64,000 bases of DNA from an uncultured archaeon. Its GTDB lineage: Archaea > Asgardarchaeota > Lokiarchaeia > Sigyniarchaeales > SOKP01. How positions within the stretch are numbered: the stretch's first letter is position 1; each line of letters begins with the position of its first letter. Below are positions 19,538 to 28,696 of this stretch, piece after piece. The notes under the pieces were generated by a model. That model was not told the DNA's origin and searched no databases. It saw nothing but the letters and a program-made list of their open reading frames with translations. Both the position numbers and the translations under genes were made by a program. The stretch is from contig CAZWEM010000001.1 of assembly GCA_964632315.1 (NCBI GenBank), positions 112,060 through 176,059 on the forward strand. Direction: 5' to 3'.

Positions 19538-20638
19538 ATGTCCAAAGAGAACAATAGTGAAAATAAAATCAAATACTGCGTTCATTGTGGAGCGAAAGTT
19601 GGAGAAAATGAAACTTATTGCCCTAATTGTGGAAAATTAGTGGTTAAATTATCAGATGCAAAATCAGAAATTACTCCTCCTAAATTGAAGACCGCGAAAA
19701 TAACTAGAACCTGTCCTGGATGTGGTTCAATAATCACTTCTCCTATCCTTGAACAATGCCCTATATGTAATACCATTTTAGAAAAAGTACCTAAGGATAT
19801 GAGATCAGAACCATCTGAAACCCCTCAAAAGGGCTCTGGTGTTATCTTTTCCGATAAAAAATTAGTTCCAGAAAAAGCATTGACTCTTAAAAAAGATTCA
19901 TGGAATTTAAAAGAAGGGCTGAATGTTTTTGTTAACGCTTTAGTATGGTATGTAATGATTAGATTCCTTATCATCATCTTGCTATCACTTCAGTCACAAG
20001 CAATCAATGTGGATATCACTACAATTTTATTAAGTCAAATCCCAGATCTTATTTTTGCCGTGTACCCAATATGGTACATCTATGCAAAAAAACATAAATT
20101 CTCAAAATTAGGATTTAATTTTAAGAGAAGTAAAGTAATATATGCATTTATTCTAGGGATTATAGGAGCTATAATTTTAGTCTTTACTGATGTCTTATCG
20201 AATTATATCATCGAATTCATGTATTCAATTGGTATTAATTTTGCTAATGTAGACACCTATATTACGCAAGAACATGCGGTTATCCAAGATGCAAATCTAA
20301 CGTGGTTGATTCTCTTAATTGCCCTTCTTGTTATTGGATCAATATCTTCAGAAATCATTTACAGAGGAGTTCTTCATAATACTTTGAGGGAATATTTTCA
20401 AAATAAAATCATAGGCAGGATTTATGTAATTTTAATAGTAGCCGTAATATATTCTGCGATTTATTTATTATTTTCTCTACCAATTGGGTTATACTTCTTT
20501 GTGACAAATTTCATAGTTTTCATTATTCTCGGTATTATTTATGAAATTAATGGAAATATTTTGAATACTATTATTGTAAATGCGATATACAATATTACGT
20601 TGGTATTGATTATCTATTTCAACGTTTCTCTTTTTTAG
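19538..20638 (+). CDS. Double zinc-ribbon protein with CPBP/Abi intramembrane protease-like domain (degenerate)
   Basis: CVHC-CPNC and CPGC-CPIC ribbons, then TM helices with SSEIIYRG and NAIYN at the CPBP motif positions. Confidence 0.7.
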   Translation: MSKENNSENKIKYCVHCGAKVGENETYCPNCGKLVVKLSDAKSEITPPKLKTAKITRTCPGCGSIITSPILEQCPICNTILEKVPKDMRSEPSETPQKGSGVIFSDKKLVPEKALTLKKDSWNLKEGLNVFVNALVWYVMIRFLIIILLSLQSQAINVDITTILLSQIPDLIFAVYPIWYIYAKKHKFSKLGFNFKRSKVIYAFILGIIGAIILVFTDVLSNYIIEFMYSIGINFANVDTYITQEHAVIQDANLTWLILLIALLVIGSISSEIIYRGVLHNTLREYFQNKIIGRIYVILIVAVIYSAIYLLFSLPIGLYFFVTNFIVFIILGIIYEINGNILNTIIVNAIYNITLVLIIYFNVSLF

Positions 20639-20760
20639 TTATTCTCTTTTCTCTTTAATATATAAATTTAATAATTAAAAAATCACATATCTCTAGTGGT
20701 ATTATTAATAGATTCGATTGTAACCAATTGGAAAATTGTTAATATCTGGAGTTTTCAAGA

Positions 20761-21471
20761 TTGACAAAAAGATTTTATCGCAATAAGGGAAAAAAAGAAA
20801 ACATAGTCATTTCAATAGCAGGTGCTCATGGTGTTGGAAAAACAACTCTCTTTAATTTATTAAAGAAAGAATTAAAAAATAATAACAAATTTAAATTCTA
20901 TCCAGAGCGGTATGTAAAAAACCCTCCTTTTCCCTTTGGTTCGGATGATAAACAGATTGGCTTTAGAAGTGAAATACATTATCTTCAGCAATTTATACGC
21001 AGAGATCAAAGTGTTAAGAAATTCGATAGAACATATAATGGGAGAATTATAATCTTAGACAGAACGCCAATTTGTGTCTTAGTTTATTCTAAAGCTTTAA
21101 GGTTGAAGAAAAAAGATTATGATTTAATATATGATACTTACAAATCCGTTGATTGGAGAGAAGACTATGTCATTTATCTCACTGCTGAAGCTCATACTAT
21201 TATGAAAAGAATCCTCCAGAGAGGATCTTTAGATAAAGAAAGGAAAGAATGGAATGAAGATAAGCAAGATTATTTACTCTATACACGTTCTTATTATAAG
21301 AAACTATTATTACCTAATGAAAATGTCATCATACTCAATACAGATAAACTCTCTCAAGACGAGGTATTAAAGCAAATAAAACTTATTATAACGCGTTTAA
21401 CTGGATTTTCATTTAAAAAGTTAGAAAAACTCCCTCCTACTCAAAAGAGTATTCTAAATTTTTTGAATTAA
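20761..21471 (+). CDS. Deoxynucleoside/thymidylate kinase-family P-loop kinase with C-terminal PIP-box-like motif
   Basis: GAHGVGKTT, ILDRT, VIYL, lid RILQRG; ends TQKSILNFLN. Confidence 0.8.
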   Translation: MTKRFYRNKGKKENIVISIAGAHGVGKTTLFNLLKKELKNNNKFKFYPERYVKNPPFPFGSDDKQIGFRSEIHYLQQFIRRDQSVKKFDRTYNGRIIILDRTPICVLVYSKALRLKKKDYDLIYDTYKSVDWREDYVIYLTAEAHTIMKRILQRGSLDKERKEWNEDKQDYLLYTRSYYKKLLLPNENVIILNTDKLSQDEVLKQIKLIITRLTGFSFKKLEKLPPTQKSILNFLN

Positions 21472-21552
21472 AACATGAAAAAATATATTAGTATTGATTT
21501 TATGATAATTATTAAATAAGTATTTATTTACTCGATTGAGGATTTATAATAA

Positions 21553-22524
21553 ATGTCATCTCTCCCCCAAGATATGCGTGATAAAATGATGAGCATCCTC
21601 AAGATTGAGGAGGACAAAACTGATTTGGAGAATTTAGCAGTTTTATCACGAGTAGGTATGAAAGTTGCATCTGCTACTACTTCAGAATTAGACGCTGATG
21701 CGACCTCAGCTTCAAGTACGGCTTTAATTGATTTGGGATTAAGACTGAGTGAAGCGACTGCACATGGGGCGTTAATTGAAATTATACTCCATAATTCTTT
21801 TGGCTACAGTATTTTACAAGCGATAAATGATGATTTTATTGTATTTGGGGGATTAAAGAATGTTTTTAGAATAGGATATTATTTAGGATATTTAAAAGAA
21901 TTAGCTAAAAAATTAAACCGCTTAATTTCTGGCGATCAAATCACAGAGATGACGCTCTCATTAGATGCTGCTGAAAAAGCTAAATTGGGCATCCAAGATG
22001 ATTCAGAGGATATGACACCGGTTAAACCCTCCTTAGAACAAGACAAGGCTGCTCTGGATGATTTGTTAGGTTTTTTAGACGATTGGGAAAAACAAGGTAC
22101 CGATGAAAAAGAACTTGAGTCAGTAGCAGATAATAATATTGTTTCAATCCCAAAATCACGTAGCATCGAACACGAAAGACAATTAATTCGCGATCAAGCT
22201 TCATCTCAAGCTGGGACAGAATCCTCAGCTATAAGCTCCCAATTTAAAGTTTATGATGATGAGATTCCCCCCCTTCCCTTAGACGATTACACTCCTATGG
22301 AAATTGAGGAGGATGCTTCAGTTCAAGAACCAGAAATCGTACAACAACCAGTTCCCCCTTTATCTCAAGCTGAATTACCAGCTTTAGACGAATTAACGCC
22401 TCCAGATTTTGAATCCGAAATGTTTGAATCAGCATCTGAATACGAAACTGAATTTGTTCTAGATAAAGAATCAGAAGCTTTTGAATCAATTCTTAAAGAT
22501 CTTGGTTGGGATGAAGAAGAGTGA
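21553..22524 (+). CDS. Roadblock/LC7 domain protein with long acidic disordered tail
   Basis: The first ~125 aa show the roadblock pattern (LAVLSRVGMKVASA, SASSTALIDLG, EIILH). The remaining ~200 aa are D/E/P-rich. Confidence 0.7.
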   Translation: MSSLPQDMRDKMMSILKIEEDKTDLENLAVLSRVGMKVASATTSELDADATSASSTALIDLGLRLSEATAHGALIEIILHNSFGYSILQAINDDFIVFGGLKNVFRIGYYLGYLKELAKKLNRLISGDQITEMTLSLDAAEKAKLGIQDDSEDMTPVKPSLEQDKAALDDLLGFLDDWEKQGTDEKELESVADNNIVSIPKSRSIEHERQLIRDQASSQAGTESSAISSQFKVYDDEIPPLPLDDYTPMEIEEDASVQEPEIVQQPVPPLSQAELPALDELTPPDFESEMFESASEYETEFVLDKESEAFESILKDLGWDEEE

Positions 22525-22698
22525 TGAAGATCATTAATGGATTCTATCTATCCTTTATTTCATCAATTTGATTTTTGAAAATTTTAATTATGGAAAATAA
22601 TCCAGAAACATTAAATCTTTAAATAATGAATAGAGTTAAATTATATTTAACCAAATTTATTTAGGAAAATTATTTTAGTAAGAAAAAAGTGCTAACTT

Positions 22699-24063
22699 AT
22701 GAATGAATCACAAGAGTTAATTCGAACTAAAAAATCTACGGGACAAAAATTATTATATGCTTCGCCAAGGCTTGGGACATCTATTGTGCTTGGGATCGAA
22801 AGTTGGGCTTTATTGACTTTATACACATCTGGGTTTGGAGTTCCTCCATTATTAGTTGGCTTTGCATTAGCTATGGGATATTTAACTATAGCGCTAGCTC
22901 AATTTTCATTTGGTTGGTTTAGTGATATGAAATATACTAAATTAGGCAGGAGAAAACCCTATCTTCTGATTTTTGCACCACTATTAGGCATATCAATTAT
23001 ATTCTTACTATTACCAGACTTATTTTTACCCGACCTTAATAATACATTCGCATTATTCATATGGTTGTTAATTTGGGATATAATCTTTAGGGCTAGTTAT
23101 GCTTCTACGACACCTTACCAAGCTTGGATGGCTGAGCTATTTACAGTTGAAGAAAGACCAAAAACCTCTCAATACCAAAACACATTCAATTTCATTGGAA
23201 ATGGTGTTATGGCAATATTTACGCTCTTTTCTCTCACTAGATACATTGATTTATTGGAAGGAGCCCCTTCTAATGTCTATCCAGCAGCTCCTTTTGATTA
23301 TCTCATACCTATTATTATCTTTGGAATTCTTGTATTCGCTCTATTTTATTTATTAAGCTTTTTGATGCCTACAGAGCCAAGGTATAATATAGAATCCAAA
23401 CTTCTTGAGAGCCTTAGAGTTACAGTGCAAAATTCCAACTTTATGAAAGTTGTTTTAATGGTGGGAATTTCTGGTTTTGGATGGACAATGATTACCTCAG
23501 GAATGCTAAAATATGCTCAAGATGCTTTACATTTGAATACTATGGATTATGTAATTGTCGCTGCGTCCTTACTTATTAGTATTTTCATATTTTTATATAT
23601 TTGGAGAGTTTTAATTGAAAGAAGAGGAAAAAAACCAACATTATTATATGTATTCCTATTAGGCGTCGTATTTCTCCCAATTACGCTTCTAGCCTTAATC
23701 CAAATGACCAATTTTCTAATTTTGGGGGTTATATTCATTATAGGCATTGGAGCAATATTAGGAGGATGGTTTTTATTTCCTTATATCGTTTATGCAGATA
23801 TTGCTGAAGATGATGAAAAATCAACTGGTAACCTAAAAGCTGGAACCTATGCAGGATTTCCGTCAATCATTCTTAACATTTTTCAAGCTGCAGGGGTATT
23901 TTTAAACGGTGTATTGTTTGGATTGCCTCTTATTTCCAACGGGGTAGGAGAACCCTTCACATTAGGCTTGGTATTCTTTGGACCAATTTCTTCAGTGATC
24001 TTATTAATTTCCTATTTTTACACTCGAAGATATGTAAATCTTGATTTTAAATGGGAAAAATAA
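22699..24063 (+). CDS. MFS transporter, GPH/MelB-like
   Basis: About 12 TMs; GWFSD..TKLGRRKPYLL, PYQAWMAEL...ER, YADIAEDDE. Confidence 0.88.
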   Translation: MNESQELIRTKKSTGQKLLYASPRLGTSIVLGIESWALLTLYTSGFGVPPLLVGFALAMGYLTIALAQFSFGWFSDMKYTKLGRRKPYLLIFAPLLGISIIFLLLPDLFLPDLNNTFALFIWLLIWDIIFRASYASTTPYQAWMAELFTVEERPKTSQYQNTFNFIGNGVMAIFTLFSLTRYIDLLEGAPSNVYPAAPFDYLIPIIIFGILVFALFYLLSFLMPTEPRYNIESKLLESLRVTVQNSNFMKVVLMVGISGFGWTMITSGMLKYAQDALHLNTMDYVIVAASLLISIFIFLYIWRVLIERRGKKPTLLYVFLLGVVFLPITLLALIQMTNFLILGVIFIIGIGAILGGWFLFPYIVYADIAEDDEKSTGNLKAGTYAGFPSIILNIFQAAGVFLNGVLFGLPLISNGVGEPFTLGLVFFGPISSVILLISYFYTRRYVNLDFKWEK

Positions 24064-24133
24064 AAGTAATACATAATTTTTTCTTTTTTTATAATTTTTA
24101 GTTAAAGAAAAATATGAATGAATATTATTCATT

Positions 24134-25504
24134 TTGGATATGAAAATAACTGATAAAGTATTAGAGATTTACAAAGATTACTCAATTTGCCCTCATTGTC
24201 TTGGAAGAATGTTTTCTCTTTTAGCAACTAACACGACTAATATCGAACGTGGAAATTCAATTCTCTTAACAATAACTATGCAACTTCATAAAGAATATTT
24301 ATCAAAAACCGAAACTGCCCTTGATTCAGTTATAGTTAACTTAAAAAATATTGCTGAAAGAGGCAAATATTTACCAGCTCGAATGGTATTAGAAAATGAA
24401 GGTTTAGATTTTTCAACCCAATATGATGAAGACAAGTGCTATTTATGCCAAGATATCTTTACAAATCTAAATACATTTGCTGAAAGTGCGATTAAAGAAC
24501 TCGAAACTTATGAGTATGATAGTTTACTCGTGGGAACAAATTTGAATGCAGAAATTGTAAACCGAGAAGATACGTTCAAAGCAAGGTATAAAATTTTAGA
24601 ATCTGAGTCATTTAAAAGTCATTTTAACAGAGAAGTAGGCAAAATTTTAACTCAAAGGGTAAATAAACCTACAGAATTCAATAATCCGGACATTACGGTC
24701 ATTTTTTCTCTAAATTATGATTCATTTACCATTGATTTATTAATAAGATCATTGTTTATCTATGGGAAATATCAAAAATTGATAAGAGGGATTCCACAGA
24801 CTCATTGGGATTGCGGAATATGTCGAGGATCCGGTTGTGAAGCTTGCAATTACACAGGTAAGCAATATCCTACAAGCGTGGAAGAATTAATTAATCCAAA
24901 GTTTAAGGAAGCTTCAAAATCAAACTCTTCGAAATTTCATGGGGCGGGTAGAGAAGATATAGATGTAAGGATGTTAGGAAATGGTCGCCCTTTTATCTTA
25001 GAACTCAAAAATCCAGTGATTAGACATCTTGATTTAAAAAAGCTAAAAAAAAATGTAAATAAAAAAAATAAAAAAAGAATAAAAATTACTGATTTGAGAT
25101 ATAGTTCCAAAGATGAAGTCAAGCAAATCAAGTTTAAAGCGGAAAAGGTTAAAAAACAATACCTTGCATTAGTTGAAAGCCCCAATTTAAATTTTTCAAA
25201 GGACCAATTCTTATTATTTCTAAGGAAATTCGATAATCAGATAATTGGGAAGACTATTCATCAAGAAACCCCATTAAGAGTCTCTCACCGCCGTGCTGAT
25301 AAGATAAGAGAAAAAAAAATTTATAACGTAGAGGGAACATTCATAAAACCATCAATTTTTAAGTTCTTAATTGAAACCCAAGGTGGGACTTACGTAAAAG
25401 AGCTTATCAACGGGGATCAGGGAAGAACAAATCCCTCTTTTTCAAAAATCTTTGGAACTCCTCTAATTTGTAAGGAATTAGATGTAGTTCATATTGGTCA
25501 GTAA
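24134..25504 (+). CDS. pus10: tRNA pseudouridine(54/55) synthase Pus10
   Basis: CPHCLGR, FHGAGREDIDVRMLGNGRPF, QETPLRVSHRR, GGTYVKELI. Confidence 0.95.
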   Translation: MDMKITDKVLEIYKDYSICPHCLGRMFSLLATNTTNIERGNSILLTITMQLHKEYLSKTETALDSVIVNLKNIAERGKYLPARMVLENEGLDFSTQYDEDKCYLCQDIFTNLNTFAESAIKELETYEYDSLLVGTNLNAEIVNREDTFKARYKILESESFKSHFNREVGKILTQRVNKPTEFNNPDITVIFSLNYDSFTIDLLIRSLFIYGKYQKLIRGIPQTHWDCGICRGSGCEACNYTGKQYPTSVEELINPKFKEASKSNSSKFHGAGREDIDVRMLGNGRPFILELKNPVIRHLDLKKLKKNVNKKNKKRIKITDLRYSSKDEVKQIKFKAEKVKKQYLALVESPNLNFSKDQFLLFLRKFDNQIIGKTIHQETPLRVSHRRADKIREKKIYNVEGTFIKPSIFKFLIETQGGTYVKELINGDQGRTNPSFSKIFGTPLICKELDVVHIGQ

Positions 25505-25653
25505 ATTGGGCCTTTTATCTAAAATGAAAAACTAAATAAACTATCTTTCACATAATTACTAAATTATAAATTTAAAGAACTTTATTACGGAGTGCTGTAT
25601 TACCGAAACTAAAGATACAATAAAAGTTCTCAGCAATTTATTGGTGTTCGAAA

Positions 25654-25965
25654 ATGACCCTTCATAAAGGATATAGGAATAAAACACGCAAAAGACACAG
25701 AAGAAATACTAGAGACAAAGGACTTGGCTCAATAGAGAAATATTTAATTGATTTTGAAATAAATAATAAGGTAGATATTATAACTAATTCTTCCCAACAT
25801 AAACGTGGAATGCCTCATAGAAGATATCACGGTTTAACTGGCACTATTATTGGAAAACGGGGAAGATGTTTTGAAGTTCAAGTTAAACAAGGAAATTCAA
25901 CAAAAAAGTTAATAATAGGAAGAGAACATTTAAGACTGAATTCATCATCACTTAAAGCAATATAA
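25654..25965 (+). CDS. rpl21e: 50S ribosomal protein L21e
   Basis: KGYRNKTR, GMPHRRYHGLTG, EHLR; conserved position after pus10. Confidence 0.95.
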   Translation: MTLHKGYRNKTRKRHRRNTRDKGLGSIEKYLIDFEINNKVDIITNSSQHKRGMPHRRYHGLTGTIIGKRGRCFEVQVKQGNSTKKLIIGREHLRLNSSSLKAI

Positions 25966-25984
25966 ATGATCATATGAGAAAATT

Positions 25985-26350
25985 ATGTCAGGCCGAAAAT
26001 TAAATGAAAGGACGGTATCTGTTCCAGAAGTTAAGAAAATAATGGAAGATGTTAAAACAAAGATTGAAGAAATTGATATGGAAGAAGGAATATCACACTT
26101 TCAAGAGATAACATATAATTACGTAAACAAGTTTGCTAAAATGAGTGAAATAGATGCAAAAAAAATCCAAAAATTCTTAATGGAAAAATATGAGATTGAG
26201 GAAGTTTATGCAATTAATATTGTTAATATTGATCCTCAAACCGTCCCAGAATTACGTATGATATTAGAAAAAAGTGTCAATGGAAAAAGTTTAAACGATG
26301 ATCAACTCCAAGATCTTCTATACCAAATAGACGAACTTAAATCATCGTAA
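25985..26350 (+). CDS. rpo4: RNA polymerase subunit Rpo4 (F)
   Basis: YNYVNKFAK, AINIVNIDPQTVPELRMIL; synteny rpl21e-rpo4-DUF655-rsmA. Confidence 0.88.
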   Translation: MSGRKLNERTVSVPEVKKIMEDVKTKIEEIDMEEGISHFQEITYNYVNKFAKMSEIDAKKIQKFLMEKYEIEEVYAINIVNIDPQTVPELRMILEKSVNGKSLNDDQLQDLLYQIDELKSS

Positions 26351-26517
26351 AGTAATACTAATTTCTTAATTAACAAATTTGAACTTTTCATAGCGAAGAA
26401 TTTAAAAAGTCTTAAATCTATAAATTTTAATGAGAAATCCTTTTTAAAAAAGGAATATTTAAAATAAAAATTGATTATGGATATCTGGAAAGTTAAACAA
26501 AATCAAAGTTGGTGTGA

Positions 26518-27168
26518 ATGGAAAGATCTCGAGATCGATACAGACGGTCACCTCGAAGAGATAATTATAGAAGGAGAGACTCGGGGGGTAAAAAGCAATT
26601 TATTAAGAAATTTCGAGAACTTATCATACTAGATCTTCTTTTACATGGCCATCCTGAGGAAGACAAGCCAAGTTGGTCAAAAACTCCACTCGCACAAGTT
26701 ATTACATTTCCAGATTTTGTACTTTATGAGGTAAAAATCAATAGAGATTCAGATATTAAAGTGCAAGAAAAAAATACCTATGAAGCATTCCTCAAGCAAA
26801 ATAAATTAAAGGACGTCCTAAAAAAAATCGATTATGATGATCTAACTAATACTTCAAAAGCATTGATACAACCTATACTTGAACAAGAAGTAATGAATTA
26901 TGAAGAGGAATTTATCAATTTCTTTAATAATTCAACAGCAATCACCCCTCGGATGCACGCTTTAAAACTATTACCTGGTGTGGGCCAAAAGCATATGTGG
27001 GAAATTCTTGAAGCAAGAAATCGACAAAAGTTTACAACATTCCAAGATATCTCTGATAGAACCAGTATCTCTCATCCTGCGAGATTAATTGCCCAAAGAA
27101 TTATTAAAGAATTGGAAAGAGAAGGAGTAAAATATTACTTATTTTCGAAGACTCAGAAATATGAATGA
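26518..27168 (+). CDS. DUF655 family helix-hairpin-helix nucleic-acid-binding protein with RS/RD-rich N-terminus
   Basis: ILDLL.HG, FFNNS..ITPRMHALKLLPGVGQK, RIIKEL...KYYLF; conserved synteny. Confidence 0.88.
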   Translation: MERSRDRYRRSPRRDNYRRRDSGGKKQFIKKFRELIILDLLLHGHPEEDKPSWSKTPLAQVITFPDFVLYEVKINRDSDIKVQEKNTYEAFLKQNKLKDVLKKIDYDDLTNTSKALIQPILEQEVMNYEEEFINFFNNSTAITPRMHALKLLPGVGQKHMWEILEARNRQKFTTFQDISDRTSISHPARLIAQRIIKELEREGVKYYLFSKTQKYE

Positions 27169-28019
27169 ATACGATGACTCTAAAAGAAACTATTTCAGTT
27201 CTTAAAAAGCTTGATATCAAACCTTCAAAAAAACTCGGACAAAACTTTTTAGTTGATAAGAATGTCTTAAAAAAAATCCTCTTAAAATCAAACCTTACTA
27301 CCTTGGAGACTGTCGTTGAAGTTGGAGCAGGTTTAGGGACATTAACAAGGGAAATATCGAAAATCGCAAAAAAAGTAATCTCATATGAAATTGATAAAAG
27401 ATTATATGATTATTTGATGCTTGAATTATCTGTTTATGATAATATTGAATTAATCAATGATGATGTATTAAAGTCAGAAATCCCTCATCATGACAAAATT
27501 ATTTCAAATACACCCTATACAATAACTGGTCCCTTATTAGAAAAGTTATTTTATCATCCTAAATCTTGTCCTGGAACGTTAATCATAGAAAAATCTATTA
27601 GCACAAAATTAGAAAATTATAAAGATTACCAGAATTTTTCTCGAATAGCAATCACTTTCAATGCTTTTATGATTTGTACTGAAACTTATGATGTGTCAAG
27701 AAATAGTTTTTTTCCGCGACCAAAAATCAATTTAAGTCTAATAAATATTGTTCCACGACCTAAAACTAAATCATTTCTCCTAGAAAGTCAAACTAGGCAA
27801 TTTTTCATTAAATTCATATCTGGATTAACTCAATATAAAAATAAAACAATCTCAAATGCAATAGATTTATTCATAAAGAACGAAACATCTCTGAATCTGT
27901 CAAAATCAGAAGTAAATCATTTAATTAATACAATGCAAATCGAAAAACAAAAGCTTTTTATGCTCGATACAGAAACCCTTATCAAAATATGTGAAAAGTT
28001 ATATCAATTTATAGGTTAA
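27165..28019 (+). CDS. rsmA: 16S rRNA adenine dimethyltransferase (RsmA/KsgA/Dim1)
   Basis: KKLGQNFL, EVGAGLGTLT, YEID, SNTPYTIT, FFPRPK. Confidence 0.93.
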   Translation: MNTMTLKETISVLKKLDIKPSKKLGQNFLVDKNVLKKILLKSNLTTLETVVEVGAGLGTLTREISKIAKKVISYEIDKRLYDYLMLELSVYDNIELINDDVLKSEIPHHDKIISNTPYTITGPLLEKLFYHPKSCPGTLIIEKSISTKLENYKDYQNFSRIAITFNAFMICTETYDVSRNSFFPRPKINLSLINIVPRPKTKSFLLESQTRQFFIKFISGLTQYKNKTISNAIDLFIKNETSLNLSKSEVNHLINTMQIEKQKLFMLDTETLIKICEKLYQFIG

Positions 28020-28024
28020 ATGAG

Positions 28025-28696
28025 ATGGTTAGTATGAATTTTCAAGATCCTATTATTAATAACATATTTAAAGATGTTTACTCTCCTTCTGATGATTCTT
28101 ATCTGATTCTTGATTTTCTAAAAAATGTAATCACGGATTACAAATTTGATGATCTCCCCATTCAAGAGATAAAACAAATTCTAGATATGGGTACTGGTAC
28201 TGGTATAATTGCTATTTTTCTTGAAATGGTTAAATCAAGGGTTAATTCACTTCAATGTAGGATTTATGCTTCAGATATCATCCCAAATGCAATCCATAGC
28301 GCAAAGTTAAATGCAAAATTAAATAAAGTGAATAATAGAATTACATTTATTGAATCTAACCTTTTTAAATCGTTTCCTCAAGATTTAAGTCACTCTTTCG
28401 ATATTATTATTTTCAATCCCCCCTATCTACCCTCCATTGAAAATTCTGCGAAAAAATATAGAGATTACACATGGAATGGAGGAGATACTGGATTAGAAAT
28501 AATACATGATTTCTTTAAACAAGTGAAAAATTTTCTTTCAAATCGTGGTGTAATTTACTTCATTTGTTCAAGTAATTCCCTTGTTAAATCACTTGTAACT
28601 CAATTAACTTCAAATAATTTTCTTGTTGAAGAAGTAGATAAAATTCATTTTTTCTTTGAAGATATCATATTAAATAAAGCCAAAGTTAAGAATTAG
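28025..28696 (+). CDS. HemK2/MTQ2-like protein glutamine methyltransferase
   Basis: VYSPSDDSYL, LDMGTGTG, FNPPYLP, WNGG..G, HFFFEDI. Confidence 0.88.
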   Translation: MVSMNFQDPIINNIFKDVYSPSDDSYLILDFLKNVITDYKFDDLPIQEIKQILDMGTGTGIIAIFLEMVKSRVNSLQCRIYASDIIPNAIHSAKLNAKLNKVNNRITFIESNLFKSFPQDLSHSFDIIIFNPPYLPSIENSAKKYRDYTWNGGDTGLEIIHDFFKQVKNFLSNRGVIYFICSSNSLVKSLVTQLTSNNFLVEEVDKIHFFFEDIILNKAKVKN

